A stretch of 64,000 nucleotides of DNA from Candidatus Eiseniibacteriota bacterium (GCA_041946735.1 JBHGAY010000013.1:1-64000), one strand, 5' to 3'; counted from the first letter of the stretch, positions 27,975 through 38,392 are shown. The notes: generated from the sequence alone by a model not told the origin. Translations and numbers: made by a program.

Positions 27975-29038
27975 TCCCCTTCGAGCTGATCCACGCCCTG
28001 CCGAAGACCGACCTGCACTGCCACTTGGACGGATCGCTCCGGATCGAGACCCTCTGGGAGCTGGCTCGCGAGAACCGCGTAGACCTCGGGACCCGTGACG
28101 TCGCCGGGCTGCGCGAGAAGCTGAAGCCGCGCGCGGCGGATCTCGCTTCCTACATCCGGATCTTCGAGTCGACGCTGGCCGTCCTGCAGGATGCCGCTTC
28201 GCTGCGCCGGGTCGCATACGAGCTGGTGGAGGACGCGAGCCGCGAGAACGTCCGCTATCTCGAGGTGCGCTACTCGCCGATCCTCCACGTGCGGCGCGGG
28301 CTCGCGCTCGAAACGATCGTCGAGGCGGTGCTGGAGGGCCTCGCCGCCGGGGAGCGGGACTTCGGGCTCCCGAGCGGCGTCATCCTCTGCGGGATCCGGA
28401 CGATCTCGCCGGAGACGAGTCTCTTGCTCGCCGATCTGACCGTCTCGTTCAAGGACCGGGGAGTCGTCGCCTTCGATCTGGCCGGCGAAGAGAAGGATTA
28501 CCCGGCCAAGGCGCACCTCGCCGCCTTCTACAAGATCCTGAACAACAACATCAACGTAACGGTGCACGCGGGAGAGGGATTCGGACCCGCCTCGATCCAC
28601 CAGGCGCTCCACTACTGCAACGCGCACCGCGTCGGTCACGGGACGCGGCTCCGCGAGGATCCCGAGCTGCTCGAGTACGTCAACGACCACCGGATCCCGC
28701 TCGAGATGTGCATCTCCTCGAACCTGCACACCGGCTCGATCGCCTCGACCGAAGACCATCCGTTCCGCCAGTACTTCGACCGCGGCCTGCGGGTCACGCT
28801 GAACACCGACAACCGCTTGATTTCCGATACGACCGCGTCGAAGGAGATCGAGATCGCCTGCCGGACCTTCGATCTGACGATCTACGACCTGCGGCGGCTC
28901 TTGATCCACGGGTTCAAGTCCGCGTTCCTCCCCTACGACCGGAAGAAGGAGATCCTGCGCCAGGCGATCACCGAGATGGACGATCTCTTCGAGCGCTTCT
29001 ATCCGGGCGAGTACCAACGCTTGCGGACGTTCCTGTAG
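27971..29038 (+). CDS. add: Adenosine deaminase
   Basis: LPKTDLHCHLDGS, FDLAG, TVHAGE, RVGHG, LEMCISSN and NTDN. Confidence 0.95.
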   Translation: MIPFELIHALPKTDLHCHLDGSLRIETLWELARENRVDLGTRDVAGLREKLKPRAADLASYIRIFESTLAVLQDAASLRRVAYELVEDASRENVRYLEVRYSPILHVRRGLALETIVEAVLEGLAAGERDFGLPSGVILCGIRTISPETSLLLADLTVSFKDRGVVAFDLAGEEKDYPAKAHLAAFYKILNNNINVTVHAGEGFGPASIHQALHYCNAHRVGHGTRLREDPELLEYVNDHRIPLEMCISSNLHTGSIASTEDHPFRQYFDRGLRVTLNTDNRLISDTTASKEIEIACRTFDLTIYDLRRLLIHGFKSAFLPYDRKKEILRQAITEMDDLFERFYPGEYQRLRTFL

Positions 29039-29295
29039 GCGGCGCATCGCCGCGCGCGGTCCCCCGGCCCGGGTTTCTGTCGCCGGCGACGGGAGTCGTC
29101 CGCCTGCCTGCCCTTCGGCCGCCGGTCAGGAAAGCGGTTGCCGCGCCGGCCGGGCTCCTCCTAGACTGCTGATCTGTTCGCTCGACCAAGAACCGTTCCA
29201 CCTCGCTCGGTCGCCGGCCGCCGCCCGATCGAGTGAACGTCTCCGCGTCCGGCCGCTCTCCGGGGCCGGCCGGAGCAGCGAGGAGTGTTGAATCG

Positions 29296-30051
29296 ATGCC
29301 CAGCGAGTCGCAGCTTCCTTTCACGGCGGTCCTGGTGGCAGGGCGAGATTCCCGCCATCTCCGCGTGCCGAAGCAGAACCTCCCGTTCGGGGAGACGACC
29401 GTCCTGCTCCGCACCGTGCAGACCTACCTCGACGCGGGGTTCCCCGAGGTGATCGTGGTCCTCGGCTACAAAGCGGATCAGATCGAGCCCACGCTCGAGT
29501 CGCTCCCTTCCACGGTCCGGCGGGTCCGGAACATGTTCTACGAGGAGGGAGTGAGCTCGTTCATCCGTGTCGGAGTGCGCGAAGCGAGCGCTTCGGGACG
29601 CCCCCTCTGCCTGGGTCTGCAGGATCAGCCGTTGCTGACGGCGGATCTGCTGCGGGAGCTGGCGCAAGCGTATCAGGACGGGAAGAAGAAGATCCTCGTG
29701 CCGGCCTACCAGGGAGACATCGGGATGCCGGCGTTCTTCGATCCGTCGCTCTTCGACGAGCTGACAGGGCTGCCGGCCAACGAGACGCTCTGGTCGATCC
29801 TGAAGAAGCACGGCGACGACCTGCTCGACCATCCGACCGGATATTCCGCGGTCGTCCGCTCGATCGAGGACCTGGAGGACTACCGGGACCTGCTCCGTCT
29901 CGCCGGCTTGCCGGTGCCGGATGCGGCGACGATCTCGGAGATGACCAACCCGCACCCGACGTCGCAACCGCCGCAACCCTCACAACCCTCGCAGGCGTCA
30001 CAACCATCGCAAGCGTCGCAACCGCCGCAACCGTCGCAACCTTCCGAGTGA
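29296..30051 (+). CDS. MocA/MobA-like NTP-transferase family protein (divergent motifs)
   Basis: LVAGRDSR...PKQNLPF, VIVVLG, N.FYEEGVSS, LQDQP, VPAYQG..GMP and EDY. Confidence 0.75.
   Translation: MPSESQLPFTAVLVAGRDSRHLRVPKQNLPFGETTVLLRTVQTYLDAGFPEVIVVLGYKADQIEPTLESLPSTVRRVRNMFYEEGVSSFIRVGVREASASGRPLCLGLQDQPLLTADLLRELAQAYQDGKKKILVPAYQGDIGMPAFFDPSLFDELTGLPANETLWSILKKHGDDLLDHPTGYSAVVRSIEDLEDYRDLLRLAGLPVPDAATISEMTNPHPTSQPPQPSQPSQASQPSQASQPPQPSQPSE
29962..30042 (+). repeat. 9-bp in-frame tandem repeat x9 ((S/P)Q(P/A)) at the C-terminus
   Basis: TCGCAACCG-type units encoding SQPPQPSQPSQASQPSQASQPPQPSQP. Confidence 0.85.
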
Positions 30052-30800
30052 GCGATCCCCGCATCCGGATCGTGGTCTTCGACATCGACGGCACGCTCCT
30101 CGACACGGGAGGGGTGGGCCGTCGATCGTATCTCCGCGCGCTCGAGGAGGCGCTCGGCGGGCCGCTGCCGGCCGAGAAGCACGAGTTCGCGGGACATACC
30201 GACCTCGGGATACTGCACTACTTCCTCGAGAAGGTGGGGCGCGGCGATGCGGACGCCGCGACGCGCCAACGGATCCTGGACGGCTACGTCCACTACCTGG
30301 ACCAGGAGCTGGCGAGGGGCCCCGAGGGGGGACTGTGCCCGGGGGTCGGCGAGCTGCTGCCCGCGCTCGAGTCCGACCCGCGGTATCGGGTGGGACTGCT
30401 GACGGGCAATCTCGCCGCCGCGGCCCGCGTCAAGCTGACCCACTACGGGATTCTCGGCGCGTTCCGCTTCGGAGCGTTCGGGGACGACGATCCGGACCGC
30501 GACCGCCTGGTCCCGATCGCGAGGCAGCGGGCCGAGGAGGCCGAGGGCCGGGCGCTTCCCGACGCGCCGATCCTGGTGATCGGCGACACGCCGCGCGACG
30601 TCGCCTGCGCGCGTGCGGGCCGGGCGGCCGTGCTCGCGGTTGCGACGGGACTCTACTCGGAGGCGGAGCTGGCGGCGACGCGCCCCGACGTCCTGCTCCG
30701 CGACCTCTCCGACACCGGCGCTGTGATGGCGGCGATCGAGCGGCTGACCGGGCCTACTCCTCCTCCGACAGGCAGTGCCACTCCTCATAGAGGAGATTGA
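30048..30800 (+). CDS. HAD-superfamily hydrolase (phosphatase)
   Basis: FDIDGTL, LTGN, K and IGDTPRD motifs I-IV. Confidence 0.9.
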   Translation: MSDPRIRIVVFDIDGTLLDTGGVGRRSYLRALEEALGGPLPAEKHEFAGHTDLGILHYFLEKVGRGDADAATRQRILDGYVHYLDQELARGPEGGLCPGVGELLPALESDPRYRVGLLTGNLAAAARVKLTHYGILGAFRFGAFGDDDPDRDRLVPIARQRAEEAEGRALPDAPILVIGDTPRDVACARAGRAAVLAVATGLYSEAELAATRPDVLLRDLSDTGAVMAAIERLTGPTPPPTGSATPHRGD

Positions 30801-32724
30801 GCGCCTCGATCGCTTCGCGGTGCTCCTTCACGTAGAAGCCAGACTTCTCCGGGTCGCGGAAGAAGCCGTCCGACGCCATCAGATCCTCGAGCTTGCGGCG
30901 CCGCCCCTCGAGCGCGCCTATTCGCTCCTCGACCTCGACGAGACGGCGCGCCCTCTTGCGATCCTCGCGGGCCCGCGCACGCGAAGCGGTCCCGGCGGAT
31001 TCCGGAAGCGGAGCGCCGGCGCCGAGCGAGGCCGCCCCAGCGGGCGCGGACGGCCCGCCACCTTCGCCGCCCCGCGCTGCCGCCGCCTCCGCGGCCGCGT
31101 CCGCCGCCGCCTTCGCTTCCTGCTCCTTCCTCCATAGGAACGACGCGTAATCGCCCGCGAAGGAGCGGATCGTCCCGCCCCCCACCTCGACGACACGCGT
31201 GGCGAGGCTTTCGATGAAGTGATGGTCGTGGCTGACGAAGATGACCGTCCCCTCGAAGTCGGCCATCGCCTCCAGCAGCACCTCCTGCGCCTCGATGTCG
31301 AGATGGTTCGTCGGCTCATCGAGCAACAGGAGGTTCGCCGGACGCAGGAGCATCATCATCAGGGCGAGACGATTCCGCTCCCCTCCGGACAGAACGCCGA
31401 TCTTCTTGTCGACCTCCTCGCCCCGGAAGAGAAAGGCGCCGAGCATCGAGCGGATCTGCGGCACGAGCGGCACCGGCGCGCGGTCGGTCGCCTCTTGCAG
31501 GATCGACCGTCCCGGCGGGAGGTGGTCGGCCTGGTCCTGAGCGAACGACTCGATCGTGACGCGCAGACCGAGCTCGCGCGTCCCCGCCTGCACCGGCTCG
31601 GTCCCCGCGAGGATGCGCATCAGGGTCGACTTCCCCGCTCCGTTCGGTCCAACGAGCGCGACCTTCTCCCCCCGCTCGATCTCGAGGTCGATGTCGCGGA
31701 AGACGGTCAGCGGCCCGTAGCTCTTGGAAACGTTCTGCAGGCGGACGACGATCCGCCCGGACGGCTGCGGCTGCGGGAAGCGGAAGTGGATCGGGCGCGG
31801 CGGAGCCATCGGCGGCGGGAGCCGCTCGATCTTCTCGAGCATCTTGACCCGGCTCTGTACCTGCGTCGCCTTCGTGTTCTTCGCGCGGAAACGGTCGATG
31901 AAGCGCTGGATCCGCGCGATCTCCTCCTGCTGCCGCTCGTACGCCTTCCGCGCCGCCTGGTAGCGCGCCTCACGAAGGTCGAGATAGCGAGAGTAGCCGC
32001 CGTCATAGTCGACGAGGCTTCGCCCGAAGATCTCCGTCACGCGCTTCACCGTCCGGTCGAGGAAATAGCGGTCGTGCGAGACCAGGACGAACCCGCCGGG
32101 ATAGTCCGCGAGGAAGCCTTCGAGCCAGACACGCGCCTCGATGTCGAGATGGTTCGTCGGCTCGTCGAGCAGCAGCACCTCCGGCGCGGACAGCAGAAGG
32201 CGCGCGAGCGCGACACGCATCTGCCAGCCGCCCGAGAGCGCCCGCACCGGGCGGTCGAAGTCCTGCTCCCGGAAGCCGAGCCCGGTCAGCACCTGATGGA
32301 CCTTCCGCTCGATCTCGTAGCCGCCGAGGTGCCGGAAGCGCTCTTCGATCTCCCCATGGCGCGCGAGCAGCCGCTCCGCCTCTTCGGCCGGAAGGTCCTC
32401 CTGCAGCAGCCGCCGCTCGATCTCCTCGCGCTCCCATTTCCACGCGAGGACGGAGCGGAAGGCGAGACGCGCCTCCTCCAGCACGGACTGCGGTCCCGAC
32501 TCGAAGCCAAACTGCGGGAGATACCCGACCGCCTGGTCCTTCGGCGACTGGATCGATCCGGAGTCGGGCGAGTCGAGACGCGCCATCATGCGCAGCAGGG
32601 TCGACTTGCCCGTGCCGTTGCGACCGATCAGGCCGACCCGGTCCCGGTCTCCCAGAAACCAGTCGACCTCATCGAAGAGCACCTGCCCTCCGAACGATTT
32701 CGACACTCTGTCCAGGCGGAGCAC
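30754..32724 (-). CDS. ABC-F family ATP-binding protein
   Basis: Two NBDs (GRNGTGKST/LSGGW/LDEPTNHLD and GPNGAGKST/LSGGE/LDEPTNHLD), linker, C-terminal coiled coil, no TM segments. Confidence 0.95.
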   Translation of the reverse strand: MLRLDRVSKSFGGQVLFDEVDWFLGDRDRVGLIGRNGTGKSTLLRMMARLDSPDSGSIQSPKDQAVGYLPQFGFESGPQSVLEEARLAFRSVLAWKWEREEIERRLLQEDLPAEEAERLLARHGEIEERFRHLGGYEIERKVHQVLTGLGFREQDFDRPVRALSGGWQMRVALARLLLSAPEVLLLDEPTNHLDIEARVWLEGFLADYPGGFVLVSHDRYFLDRTVKRVTEIFGRSLVDYDGGYSRYLDLREARYQAARKAYERQQEEIARIQRFIDRFRAKNTKATQVQSRVKMLEKIERLPPPMAPPRPIHFRFPQPQPSGRIVVRLQNVSKSYGPLTVFRDIDLEIERGEKVALVGPNGAGKSTLMRILAGTEPVQAGTRELGLRVTIESFAQDQADHLPPGRSILQEATDRAPVPLVPQIRSMLGAFLFRGEEVDKKIGVLSGGERNRLALMMMLLRPANLLLLDEPTNHLDIEAQEVLLEAMADFEGTVIFVSHDHHFIESLATRVVEVGGGTIRSFAGDYASFLWRKEQEAKAAADAAAEAAAARGGEGGGPSAPAGAASLGAGAPLPESAGTASRARAREDRKRARRLVEVEERIGALEGRRRKLEDLMASDGFFRDPEKSGFYVKEHREAIEALNLLYEEWHCLSEEE

Positions 32725-32937
32725 GGCGCGCGACCCCCTCGTGAATCCAAGAACGAAGCACCGGCGACCACGACGACCCCCAGTCGATTGCCGAACCGAG
32801 GCTCGCTCTGCTATCGTCGTCGGTTACGAAAACGTGCGAGTCCCGCCACGAGCCGCGCGCGGGTTCCCCGGCTATGGCGGACACCGGTTCATGAAACCTT
32901 ACGGGATCGCTTCCGTCCAGGAAGACTTGGGGGGCTC

Positions 32938-35106
32938 ATGTCGAACAGCCGACGTTCCCGCTTCTGCTCCGCGATCGTGCCGCACCTCCCCGCTTTCCCC
33001 ATCCTCTCGGCCCTGGTCGTCGCCCTGGCGGGACTGATGGTCGCCTCGGTGGCCGCCGTCGAGTCCGCGCAGGCCGGCGCGATCGAGCCCGACTTCGCCG
33101 CGCGGCTCGCCGCAATGCCGCCCGGCGAGACCGTTTCCGGGCTCGTGATGCTGGCCGAGCAGCCGGACGTCCGCCAGATGGAGCGCGAGATGGGAGAGCG
33201 GGGAATCGCCTCTCGCTGGCGCCGGCATCAGTACGTCGTCGAGCACGTTCGCGACCTCGCCTCTCGCTCCCAGGCGGCCCTGCTCGGCATGCTCAGCGAT
33301 GCGCAAGCGCAGGGAACGGTTCGCTCCGTCGCGTCGTTCTGGGTGACCAACATGATCGCGGTCGAGACGACGCCCGAGCTGTTCGAGCGGATCGCGGCGC
33401 GCGCCGACGTCGGGACGATCTACGAGAACGCGCCGATCGAGCTGCGCCTCGGGTGGCCGGACGACGGCCCGAACGGCGCGGGGAGCGTCGACGGGACGCG
33501 CGCCCTCGGCAACGGCATGGACGGAGACAACCCGATCCTTCCCGACAATCTCGTCTGCGTGAACGTTCAACCTGCCTGGGATCAAGACCTCAAGGGACAG
33601 GGACGTCTCGTCGCCGACTTCGACACGGGCGCCGACGGCAACCACCCCGCCTTCGCGAGCCGCTGGCGCGGCGCGCAGCCGGGCGTCGACTGGTCCTGGG
33701 CCTGGAAGGATCCGTACACCAACACCCAGTTCCCCTACGATCACGCGATCCACGGAACACACACGCTCGGGATCATGGTCGGCGAGAAGCCCGACGGCAC
33801 GCCGATCGGCGTCGCCCCCGGGGCGGAGTGGATCGCCGCCGGGATCCTCATCGACTACAACGTTCAGCTGATCATCGAGTGCTACCAGTGGGCGATCGAT
33901 CCCGACGGAGACCCGAGCACGATCGTCGACGTCCCGGACGTGATCAACAACTCCTGGGGCACGAGCGGCAACTGCGACCCGACCTACTGGGGAGCAATCG
34001 ACGTCGTCGAGGCGGCGGGAATCGTCAACACGATCGCGGTCGACAACACCGGCCCCTCTCCCGGCAGCGTCAACAGCCCGGAGAGCCGGTGCGACACGCC
34101 CAACGTCAACTGGGGGGTCGGAAACGTGAACCCGCACATCGAGGGATACCCGATCGCGAGCTCCAGCGGGCGCGGTCCCTCCCCGTGCGACGGCGTCTCG
34201 ATCAAGCCGGAGGTCACCGCTCCGGGCACGCAGATCTACTCGACCTTGCCGGGCAATTCCTATGGCAACCTGAGCGGCACCTCGATGGCTTGCCCGCACA
34301 CCTCGGGGGCGGTCGCGATCCTGCGTCAGGTCAATCCCGATCTCACCGTCGACGAGGTGAAGACGGCGCTGATGGCGACCGCGGTCGACAAGGGAACGGC
34401 CGGCGAGGACAACGACTACGGCTGGGGGATCATCGACATCGGCGCGGCGGTCGCCTACGTGCAGCAGACCCTGCCGGCCCTGCCTCCCCGCAATTTGGTC
34501 GCGCTGGCTGACAGCAACGACGTCCACTTGAGCTGGGAAAGGCCGGAATCGCTCGATCCGGGCAATCCCCTCCAGCAGTACCGCATCTACCGCGCGGCTG
34601 CCGGCGATTCCTTCCCTCCCGACCCGATCGCGGAGGTCGGAGTTCTTGCCGCCTTCCCGTCGTACGACGACCTCGACCTTTCCGCCGGGCAGTACCGCTA
34701 CGTCGTCACGGCGGTCTACGCGCGCGGCGAGAGCGGACCGTCGAACGAGGCCGACGTCGCGATCGACGCGTCGTCGTCGGTGGCGGACCTGGGCGCGGCC
34801 GCCGCTTCGCTCGTGCTCGGCGTCAGCCCCAACCCGTTCCAGCCGCGGACGGTGATTCGCTATCGCGCGCTCGGGACGTCGCCGATCGCCCTCGCCGTCT
34901 ACGATCCGTCCGGGAAGCGCGTGCGGGTTCTGGCGGAGGGACGTTCCGGCGACGCGAACGCCGGCGGGGTGGAGCGCGGCGCATCCGGATCTCTCGTATG
35001 GGACGGGACGGACGACGCCGGACGACGCCTGGCGAGCGGCGTGTACTTCGTGAAGCTCGAGCAGGCGGGCGTGGCGCGGACCGAGCGGGTGAGCCTGTTG
35101 AAGTAG
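32938..35106 (+). CDS. Secreted S8 subtilase with propeptide, FN3-like and C-terminal FlgD-Ig/T9SS-like domain
   Basis: Triad FDTG / HGTHT / GTSMACPH; IKPEVTAPG; C-terminal PNPF...YDPSGKRVRVL...WDGTDDAG...SGVYF. Start estimated. Confidence 0.92.
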   Translation: MSNSRRSRFCSAIVPHLPAFPILSALVVALAGLMVASVAAVESAQAGAIEPDFAARLAAMPPGETVSGLVMLAEQPDVRQMEREMGERGIASRWRRHQYVVEHVRDLASRSQAALLGMLSDAQAQGTVRSVASFWVTNMIAVETTPELFERIAARADVGTIYENAPIELRLGWPDDGPNGAGSVDGTRALGNGMDGDNPILPDNLVCVNVQPAWDQDLKGQGRLVADFDTGADGNHPAFASRWRGAQPGVDWSWAWKDPYTNTQFPYDHAIHGTHTLGIMVGEKPDGTPIGVAPGAEWIAAGILIDYNVQLIIECYQWAIDPDGDPSTIVDVPDVINNSWGTSGNCDPTYWGAIDVVEAAGIVNTIAVDNTGPSPGSVNSPESRCDTPNVNWGVGNVNPHIEGYPIASSSGRGPSPCDGVSIKPEVTAPGTQIYSTLPGNSYGNLSGTSMACPHTSGAVAILRQVNPDLTVDEVKTALMATAVDKGTAGEDNDYGWGIIDIGAAVAYVQQTLPALPPRNLVALADSNDVHLSWERPESLDPGNPLQQYRIYRAAAGDSFPPDPIAEVGVLAAFPSYDDLDLSAGQYRYVVTAVYARGESGPSNEADVAIDASSSVADLGAAAASLVLGVSPNPFQPRTVIRYRALGTSPIALAVYDPSGKRVRVLAEGRSGDANAGGVERGASGSLVWDGTDDAGRRLASGVYFVKLEQAGVARTERVSLLK

Positions 35107-35153
35107 GCCGCGGCGGAGCGTTACGGCGCCGGCGCACCCGCCCCGGCGAGGAG

Positions 35154-35969
35154 CTACTCCTCGCCCGCGCTCGCGGACAGCTCGTCGAGAAGCGTGCGGA
35201 GCCATCTCTCCGCACGCTTCGCCTTTTGCGCCAAATCGTCCATGTCGGCGACGAACCAGAGCGGCGTCAGGCGCGCGAGCACTTTCGACGGCAGCTCGTA
35301 GTGCACGTAGCGGACGCCGAAGTCGAAGTGGAGCGGCTGATGCTTCATGCGCAGCGCCTCGGTCAGCGTGTCGATGTAGAGGCGCTGATAGTTCGATACC
35401 GCCTCGATCGCGTTGCCGCGCTGGATCTCCTTCTCGACGAAGCAGCCGAAGAAGGCGACGCGGGCGCGCAGCCGCTCGAGCCGCTGGCGCATGCGGCGGC
35501 GATGGGCCGCCGCGTCGAACGGTCCCGCCTCGCCCGCGCCCGGCTTGCGGAACGCGAAACGCGGCTGCCCGTGGATCGAAGGCTCGAGGTACTTGTCGGG
35601 AGCGGAGTGCTTGAAGATCGCGAGATCGACCATCAGGAAGCGGCTCGCGCGAACGAGACGGTAGAACCCTTGCTCGTAGGCGTGGTCGGGCGGGAACGGC
35701 ATGATGAGCTTCTGTTCGATCCCGCCGAGGGCATCGAGCGTCCGCTCGACCGCTTCGAAAACCTCGCCCGCGTGTCCGTCCTCCGCGTCGACGTTGACGT
35801 CGATGTCGGACCATCGATCGACCCGGTCGAAACTGACCGCCCCCGCCTCCCACATCGAATAGACGGGCGGCAGCGACTCGAGCGCGTTGCGCAAGGCAAC
35901 GAAGATCTCCTCGCGCTTGACAGACCGGTGCGGCAGCGCCGCGCTCTCCTCGAAGGCGCCTCCGCTCAC
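35154..35969 (-). CDS. Pol-beta-superfamily nucleotidyltransferase-like protein with helical C-terminal domain
   Basis: WEAGAVSFDRVDRWSDID resembles the hG[S]x9-13DxD motif; third acidic residue in MVDL; GTG start overlaps the upstream stop. Confidence 0.6.
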   Translation of the reverse strand: MSGGAFEESAALPHRSVKREEIFVALRNALESLPPVYSMWEAGAVSFDRVDRWSDIDVNVDAEDGHAGEVFEAVERTLDALGGIEQKLIMPFPPDHAYEQGFYRLVRASRFLMVDLAIFKHSAPDKYLEPSIHGQPRFAFRKPGAGEAGPFDAAAHRRRMRQRLERLRARVAFFGCFVEKEIQRGNAIEAVSNYQRLYIDTLTEALRMKHQPLHFDFGVRYVHYELPSKVLARLTPLWFVADMDDLAQKAKRAERWLRTLLDELSASAGEE

Positions 35970-38392
35970 CGGACGACCCACACGCGCGCGGTCGACCCGC
36001 CTGACTGCTTCAGGATGTAGAGTCCCGACGGCACGTCGCGCCCGCCGTCGTCTTTCGCGTCCCAGTCGAGCAGGCCGTACCCGACCGGAGCGTTCCACTC
36101 GATCGTCCGCACCCGGCGGCCCGTCGCCGTGAAGATCTCGATTCGTTGCGCGGCCTCGCTCAAGGAGACCAGCGGAATCGTGAGGGTGCCGGTGGCGGGA
36201 TTCGGGTACGGCTTGCCGAGGAGCGACCGGCCGGGCATGGCGACGTTCGCGACGACCGGCCCTTCCTGATAGCGCAGGACGCCGTTGCGGAACTGCAGCT
36301 CGAGAACGTAGGAGTAGGACCCCGGCGCGCCGGGACGATCCAGCCAGCGGCGCACTCCGCGATCGATCAGCACGCCGTCGAGCCGCTCCGAGTCCTGGCC
36401 GTGAATCCGGTAGAGGTGGAAGCCGTGGAGCGCGTTCTGCCCGAAGTAGGAAGCGTCGACATCCAGGTCCCAGGAGATCGTGACCGATCCGGTCGGATCG
36501 GGAGTCGCCTCGAAGCGGGTCAGCGCGTAGGGACGCCCGACGGTGAGCAGGAGCGCGCGATCGACTTCGATCCCTCCCTCCTCGATCCCGAGGAAGATCC
36601 GGAACTCGCCGAGCGCGACGCCCTCGGGGCGCTCGGGCAGGACGACCCGCGCGAGCGACGGAACGAGCACCGAGTCGCCCGGCGCGATGGGGCCGACCGC
36701 GACCACCTCGTCTCCGGTGATCGCGAGCTCCTCGTCATGGCTCTCGATCGAAAGGAGCGCCTGCTCGGACGCGGTCGGCCCGACGTTCGCCAACCAGACG
36801 CCGAGCGTGCCGTGCTCCTCCCAGCCGGGGTGGCCGTCTCCGGCGCCCTCCTCCTGCCAGACGAGGCGCAGCGTTTGCAGGCGCGCGGCGCGGGAGCGTA
36901 GCGCGCGCAGCCCGTCCGGCACTCCCCAGCCCTCGTCGGAGTTCGGCTGCGAGCTTCGATCGCCGGAGTCGCGCAAGCGAGCGAGCAGGCTGTCCGGAGT
37001 CCAGTCGGGCCGCGCTTCGAGCAGCAGCGCCGCCAGACCGGCCATGAGTGGCGTCGCGAGGGAGGTGCCGCTCACCCGCGCGTAGGAGTCGAGGTCGATC
37101 GAGCTGGCGCAGAAGGTGGAGAGGCCGAGCGCCATGAGATCCGGCTTCGTGCGACCGTCGCCAGTAGGGCCGCGGCTGCTGAATCGCACGACTCCCCCGG
37201 CGAAGTCGCACGCTCCGACCGATAGGACCCTTTGGCCGTCGGCCGGGCAGATCAGAGACTGAGCCTCCGGCCCCTCGTTGCCCATCGCGGTCACGACGAG
37301 CATCCCGCGATCCGCCGCCTGGTCGGCGGCGAGTGTGATCGGGATCGTGTCGCCGTCGAGATCCTCGATCGGGTACTCCTCGCCCCCGTCGAAGTCCCGG
37401 TATCCGAGCGAGGTGGAGACCAGATCGGCGCCGAGGCTGTCGGCCCACTCGAGCGCGGCGATGTAGTTGTCCTCTTCCTGGTGGACTTCCTGCGCGACGT
37501 CCTCCGTGCGGGCAAGCAGGAAGGAGGCCCGATAGGCGGGGCCGATCAGGATCGACGGCGCGAAGCCGGCCGCCGCCGACCAGGTATAGGTGCCGTGCGC
37601 GAGAGGATCCTCGACCCTCGCGAGACGTTGGTCGCACGGATCGTTCGGGTCGTAGCCCGGATCGTCGTCGCCGCAAACGAAGTCGCGCTGGCCCGCGATC
37701 GAGAGGAAGCCGAGCGACTCGTGCGCGCGGAGGAAGCCGGTGTCGAAGATCGCGACGAGGACGCCGGCGCCGCCCCAGCCGCGGGCGTGAAGCTCGGGGA
37801 CGCCGAGCATCTCGAGCTGCTCCCACGCGTAGCCGTAGTCGGCGCCTTCGAGAAGCGCGGGGTCGATGTCCGCGCCGGACTGTGGCGGCGCGGGCGCGTG
37901 CCGTTCGCGCGTGCCGCCCGCCTGCCCAGGACCGACCGGCTGAGGAGGCGGGACGGCGACGTCGGCCGGCTCGACCGGGCGGACGAAGCGCGTCACCGGC
38001 CGCACGCCGCGCACCCGCGGGTCGCGGGCGAGCTCGCGGGCCTGCTCCGCGGTGAGGACGGCGGAGACGGCCTCGAGCCAGCGCGAGCGCTGGCGCATCG
38101 CGATCCCCCGCTCGATCAGCGGGGCAAGCTGCGCATCGGTGAGATCATGGTCGCTCGCCGCTTCCCCGGGCCGGTGGCCGACCTTCGCGAGCCGGCGCGC
38201 GGCCCGCTCGGTCAGCGCGACCGGAGCGGCCGCCCGATCCGGATCGGGAGCGAGGTAGACCCAGTAGACGCGCGGAGCCTTCGACGGCGGAGCCGCGGCG
38301 GCGGCCTCCGGCGGTGACCCGGCCACGACAGTCACGCCCGCTCCGGCGGCCAGCGCGAGGAGCAGCAGCGTCGCGAGAGCGGCCCGAGTCAT
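35966..38392 (-). CDS. Secreted S8 subtilase with C-terminal FlgD-Ig/T9SS-like domain
   Basis: Signal peptide MTRAALATLLLL; FDTG / HGTYT / GTSLATP; AMGNEG; KPDLMA; PYPNP...WDAKDDGG..SGLY. Confidence 0.9.
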   Translation of the reverse strand: MTRAALATLLLLALAAGAGVTVVAGSPPEAAAAAPPSKAPRVYWVYLAPDPDRAAAPVALTERAARRLAKVGHRPGEAASDHDLTDAQLAPLIERGIAMRQRSRWLEAVSAVLTAEQARELARDPRVRGVRPVTRFVRPVEPADVAVPPPQPVGPGQAGGTRERHAPAPPQSGADIDPALLEGADYGYAWEQLEMLGVPELHARGWGGAGVLVAIFDTGFLRAHESLGFLSIAGQRDFVCGDDDPGYDPNDPCDQRLARVEDPLAHGTYTWSAAAGFAPSILIGPAYRASFLLARTEDVAQEVHQEEDNYIAALEWADSLGADLVSTSLGYRDFDGGEEYPIEDLDGDTIPITLAADQAADRGMLVVTAMGNEGPEAQSLICPADGQRVLSVGACDFAGGVVRFSSRGPTGDGRTKPDLMALGLSTFCASSIDLDSYARVSGTSLATPLMAGLAALLLEARPDWTPDSLLARLRDSGDRSSQPNSDEGWGVPDGLRALRSRAARLQTLRLVWQEEGAGDGHPGWEEHGTLGVWLANVGPTASEQALLSIESHDEELAITGDEVVAVGPIAPGDSVLVPSLARVVLPERPEGVALGEFRIFLGIEEGGIEVDRALLLTVGRPYALTRFEATPDPTGSVTISWDLDVDASYFGQNALHGFHLYRIHGQDSERLDGVLIDRGVRRWLDRPGAPGSYSYVLELQFRNGVLRYQEGPVVANVAMPGRSLLGKPYPNPATGTLTIPLVSLSEAAQRIEIFTATGRRVRTIEWNAPVGYGLLDWDAKDDGGRDVPSGLYILKQSGGSTARVWVVR

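Noticed and set aside
29039..29295. Possible Moco or purine riboswitch upstream of the MocA-like gene
   Set aside because: GC-rich hairpins and a weak promoter match (TTGCCG-N18-TAGACT) are present, but I could not recognise any riboswitch consensus.
30754..32724. ABC-F as an antibiotic resistance determinant
   Set aside because: It looks like a housekeeping ABC-F with no mobile context; the subfamily cannot be assigned by eye.
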